From: Candidatus Helarchaeota ASGARD archaeon Hel_GB_B
GTDB taxonomy: Archaea > Asgardarchaeota > Lokiarchaeia > Helarchaeales > HEL-GB-B
NCBI GenBank assembly: GCA_005191425.1
Contig: SUPR01000109.1
Span: 1 to 9,947, forward strand
Direction: 5' to 3'
DNA length: 9,947 nucleotides
Shown: piece after piece, positions 7,856-9,947 of the stretch
Position numbering within the stretch: the first letter of the stretch is position 1
Layout: each line of letters opens with the position of its first letter
Program-made: the position numbers and the translations under genes
Notes under the pieces: model-generated
Seen by the model: only the letters and a program-made list of their open reading frames with translations
Told to the model about the DNA's origin: nothing
The model's database searches: none

Positions 7856-8041
7856 AATTTTCACTATTTCAATGTTTCTAAATCTTTTTCAAATTTTTTA
7901 CTATTCTAACTTTATTTTTTTATTATATTTTTAATTTAGTCGGATTCTTACATTAGATTTTGCTTTTTTTTCTTCTGTCTTTGTAGTGTATTACGGAGAG
8001 AATACTCACTTTTATATTAATTATTTAACACCCAAATTCTT

Positions 8042-9668
8042 ATGGACCCTATTGACGATAAACCCTATATTATTGCCAGGCTACCAGCCCCAGACCTAAC
8101 TAATATTTCGTGTCCGAAGTGTAACTCCACCAATATTATTCGAGTTAACTCATATCCCAGAATTATTAAAGACCTGGGCACCAAAACTCGTAGAAAATTC
8201 GTGGAATTCGAAAGTATTCACCTCAAGTGCAAGTCCTGTCTTTCAATTTTTCCCGTAGAAAGAGACGAGATTATCAATGGACTATCGATTACCAGAGATG
8301 TACTTGAAACAATACTGCTATTATACTATAATTTTGAAAATTCCGCTGAAAAAATAGTACGACTAATGGAGTCATTATATTCAGTCAAACTAAAAAGGAG
8401 CTCGGTCTTAAAGTGGGTAAATATCTATGGCATTGATTATTGTCAGAAGAATAATATGGAGTTTCATAAAAATTCTGAGGTTTCAAGTGGCTATTTCGGA
8501 GCTGATGGGACATTTCCGAAATTAAAATTTCTTTCAGATACCGATTTAAATGATAAATATAGAGAAAAAAAAATGGATGTGCCCTGGTTATATCTGACAG
8601 AATTACGGGACGGGAGCTTATGTGCTATTTGGGAAGAGGTGAAGACCAACAAGAAATAGAAAAGTTCCTTACCCTTTTTAAAGAAAAGTTGAGTAAACCA
8701 CCAAAATCCATTGTTGTAGATTATAAGCCAGCCTGGGATATTGCTATTAAGCGCGTCTTTCCGGATACTATGATAATTAAAGATGGGTTTCACACGGTAC
8801 AGCTGGTAAACCGAGCAATACTAAAATGCCTACAAAAATTAACCAATAAAATATATTCAACACCAATTCGAGATACTATTAAATTATATCAACTCATTAA
8901 AAAAGATAACTGGGCAGGTAATATTAATAATTTTAATTCTACAAATAAATTTATTAAGGAATTTAAATATTATTATCAAATACTTGTTAAATTATATAAA
9001 AAAGAAGAGTTAATTGAATTTAAACCCAGACTTAATAATATATTGAATAAATTATCAGATTTAAATACTGAATATTCTATTTTATTATATCACGAATTGA
9101 TAAACAGACTTCCCCCTAATGGCCTAACTGAAAAAAATTTAAAATATTATAAAATTAAGCTCAGGGCGTCTCTATCAAAAGTGATGAGGATATTTAGACG
9201 CCAATTAGAGGTCGAAAAAAAGAACTTAAAAATGCGAGATTTCTAGTTTTAAAGAGAGCAGAGAACTTGTCTAAACAGGAAAAAGAGTGTTTAGAGAAAC
9301 TATTAAGCCAATTTAGTATCTTAAAAAAGTATAGAGCTCTATCACTGAGAATCTCAGATATATATCACAGACCGGCGGAAAAATTAAAGGAAGATATAAT
9401 ATTAGGAATTAAGTTATGGGCTGACGCTGAAGAGGAATTGAAGGCAGCAGTTAAGACATTGAAAAAAAATGTAAAAGAAATACTCAATTTCAGACACATA
9501 ATTCCGGAAAAAAATAAAGAAATAATGTATAGAAAAATCAGGTCAAGTCCGGAATATTCGATGAGAAAAATAAAAAAGGTGATGAGGAATAGATATGGGC
9601 TTAAGACAAAAAATGCAACACAATTATATCTTGAAAATCAATTAAAATGCCCGGTAATTATAGCATAG
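8042..9668 (+). CDS. ISL3-family-like DDE transposase split over three frames (8042..8572, 8572..9222, 9222..9668); 542 aa if both -1 shifts occur
   Basis: Frame A: CPKC...R.IKD...CKSC zinc finger, HTH-like segment and GADGTF (D at 8504). Frame B: IVVDY (D at 8719) and FP...KDGFH. Frame C: KNARFLVLKRAENL and SSPEYSMRKIKKVMRNRYGLK (E at 9552). The junctions coincide with A9 (8565-8573) and A_AAA_AAG (9216-9222). Confidence 0.85.
8565..8573 (+). other. Putative -1 frameshift/slippage site 1 (A9; A_AAA_AAA in phase)
   Basis: The -1 frame opens only at 8563 (TAG at 8560-8562), and its translation KKNGCALVISDRITGRELM follows immediately. Confidence 0.65.
9216..9222 (+). other. Putative -1 frameshift site 2 (A_AAA_AAG in phase)
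   Basis: The two frames overlap only over 9198-9246. The heptamer is in the correct phase and the conserved KNARFLVLK follows in the -1 frame. Confidence 0.7.
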
Positions 9669-9687
9669 ACCCGGAAAAATTTAAATA

Positions 9688-9718
9688 ATATATTAACAAA
9701 AATTTATCAGCTTAATCT
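9688..9718 (-). repeat. Right terminal inverted repeat (reverse complement AGATTAAGCTGATAAATTTTTGTTAATATAT)
   Basis: Inverted copy of 7824-7855, starting 20 nt after the transposase stop. Confidence 0.85.
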
Positions 9719-9806
9719 AAAATACACATTTAATAAAAAATAAGAAGATTATTATAGTTTAAAAAATAATTAAGAATTTGAATTTTTAATTATAGAATTT
9801 TCCGAA

Positions 9807-9947
9807 TTATTTTATAGAATAACGTTTTCTGTCTCTCCATTCCTGGATTTTTCCATTGTTAAACCTTTTTACGCGGGAATAATAACCGGTCACTCTGCTC
9901 CACCATTCTATATATTCGTCTCCAGCACCACATTTTGGGCATGTATT
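9807..9947 (-). CDS. nrdD: 3' end (46 aa) of anaerobic class III ribonucleoside-triphosphate reductase; 5'-truncated by the window edge
   Basis: The minus strand reads NTCPKCGAGDEYIEWWSRVTGYYSRVKRFNNGKIQEWRDRKRYSIK*. It has the CxxC Zn ligands, the glycyl-radical loop SRVTGY (Gly at 9885-9887) and the FN.GK.QE...R tail. Absent from the ORF track. Confidence 0.93.
   Translation of the reverse strand, partial: NTCPKCGAGDEYIEWWSRVTGYYSRVKRFNNGKIQEWRDRKRYSIK

Larger units (their letters stand above)
7824..9718 (+). mobile_element. ISL3-like insertion sequence, ~1895 bp
   Basis: A transposase with an ISL3-type zinc finger and DDE motifs, bounded by imperfect terminal inverted repeats. No target-site duplication detected. 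Confidence 0.85.

Noticed and set aside
7976-7996. Alternative left TIR (GTCTTTGTAGTGTATTACGG) pairing with …CATAGACCC near 9670
   Set aside because: Only about half the positions match; the 7824/9718 pair is far better
8491-8793. 100-aa - strand ORF across frameshift site 1
   Set aside because: Antisense to the transposase core with no recognisable features; most likely a shadow ORF
9244-9252. Amber (pyrrolysine) readthrough of the TAG ending the middle ORF
   Set aside because: The same frame hits TAA two codons later; the homology continues in the -1 frame
8620-9668. Independent starts at ATG 8620 and TTG 9267 (three separate genes)
   Set aside because: Transposase-like sequence extends upstream of both starts to the slippery sites, and the catalytic triad is split, so separate proteins are less parsimonious
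1-9947. tRNA, rRNA, SECIS or riboswitch elements
   Set aside because: No GC-rich structured segment or recognisable consensus was seen in the intergenic regions; a covariance-model search was not possible

Overview
This is a very AT-rich window, probably from an anaerobic archaeon. The archaeal call is inferred from an Ard1-type N-acetyltransferase, TATA-like promoters, T-tract terminators and internal SD sites; an Asgard/Lokiarchaeia-like origin is plausible but unproven. From left to right: (1) about 1 kb of apparently decayed coding sequence and a small hypothetical gene (+). (2) An acyl-CoA dehydrogenase with an IVD/LCAD-type catalytic Glu and a C-terminal winged-helix-like extension (-). 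(3) A minus-strand run of ard1/rimI, two tandem alpha/beta hydrolases and a 386-aa unknown protein; both hydrolases appear to start at non-AUG codons (ATT, CTG). (4) A PHP-family histidinol phosphatase (-). (5) A ~1.9-kb ISL3-like insertion sequence (7824-9718) bounded by imperfect terminal inverted repeats. (6) The 3' end of a class III ribonucleotide reductase (nrdD) that the ORF track misses. The main signal is the transposase. It is split over three reading frames with one predicted catalytic residue (D, D, E) in each. The frames are joined by two in-phase -1 slippery sites (A_AAA_AAA within A9, and A_AAA_AAG), so an active 542-aa enzyme would need two consecutive recoding events. Homopolymer sequencing error or mutational decay cannot be excluded from one copy.
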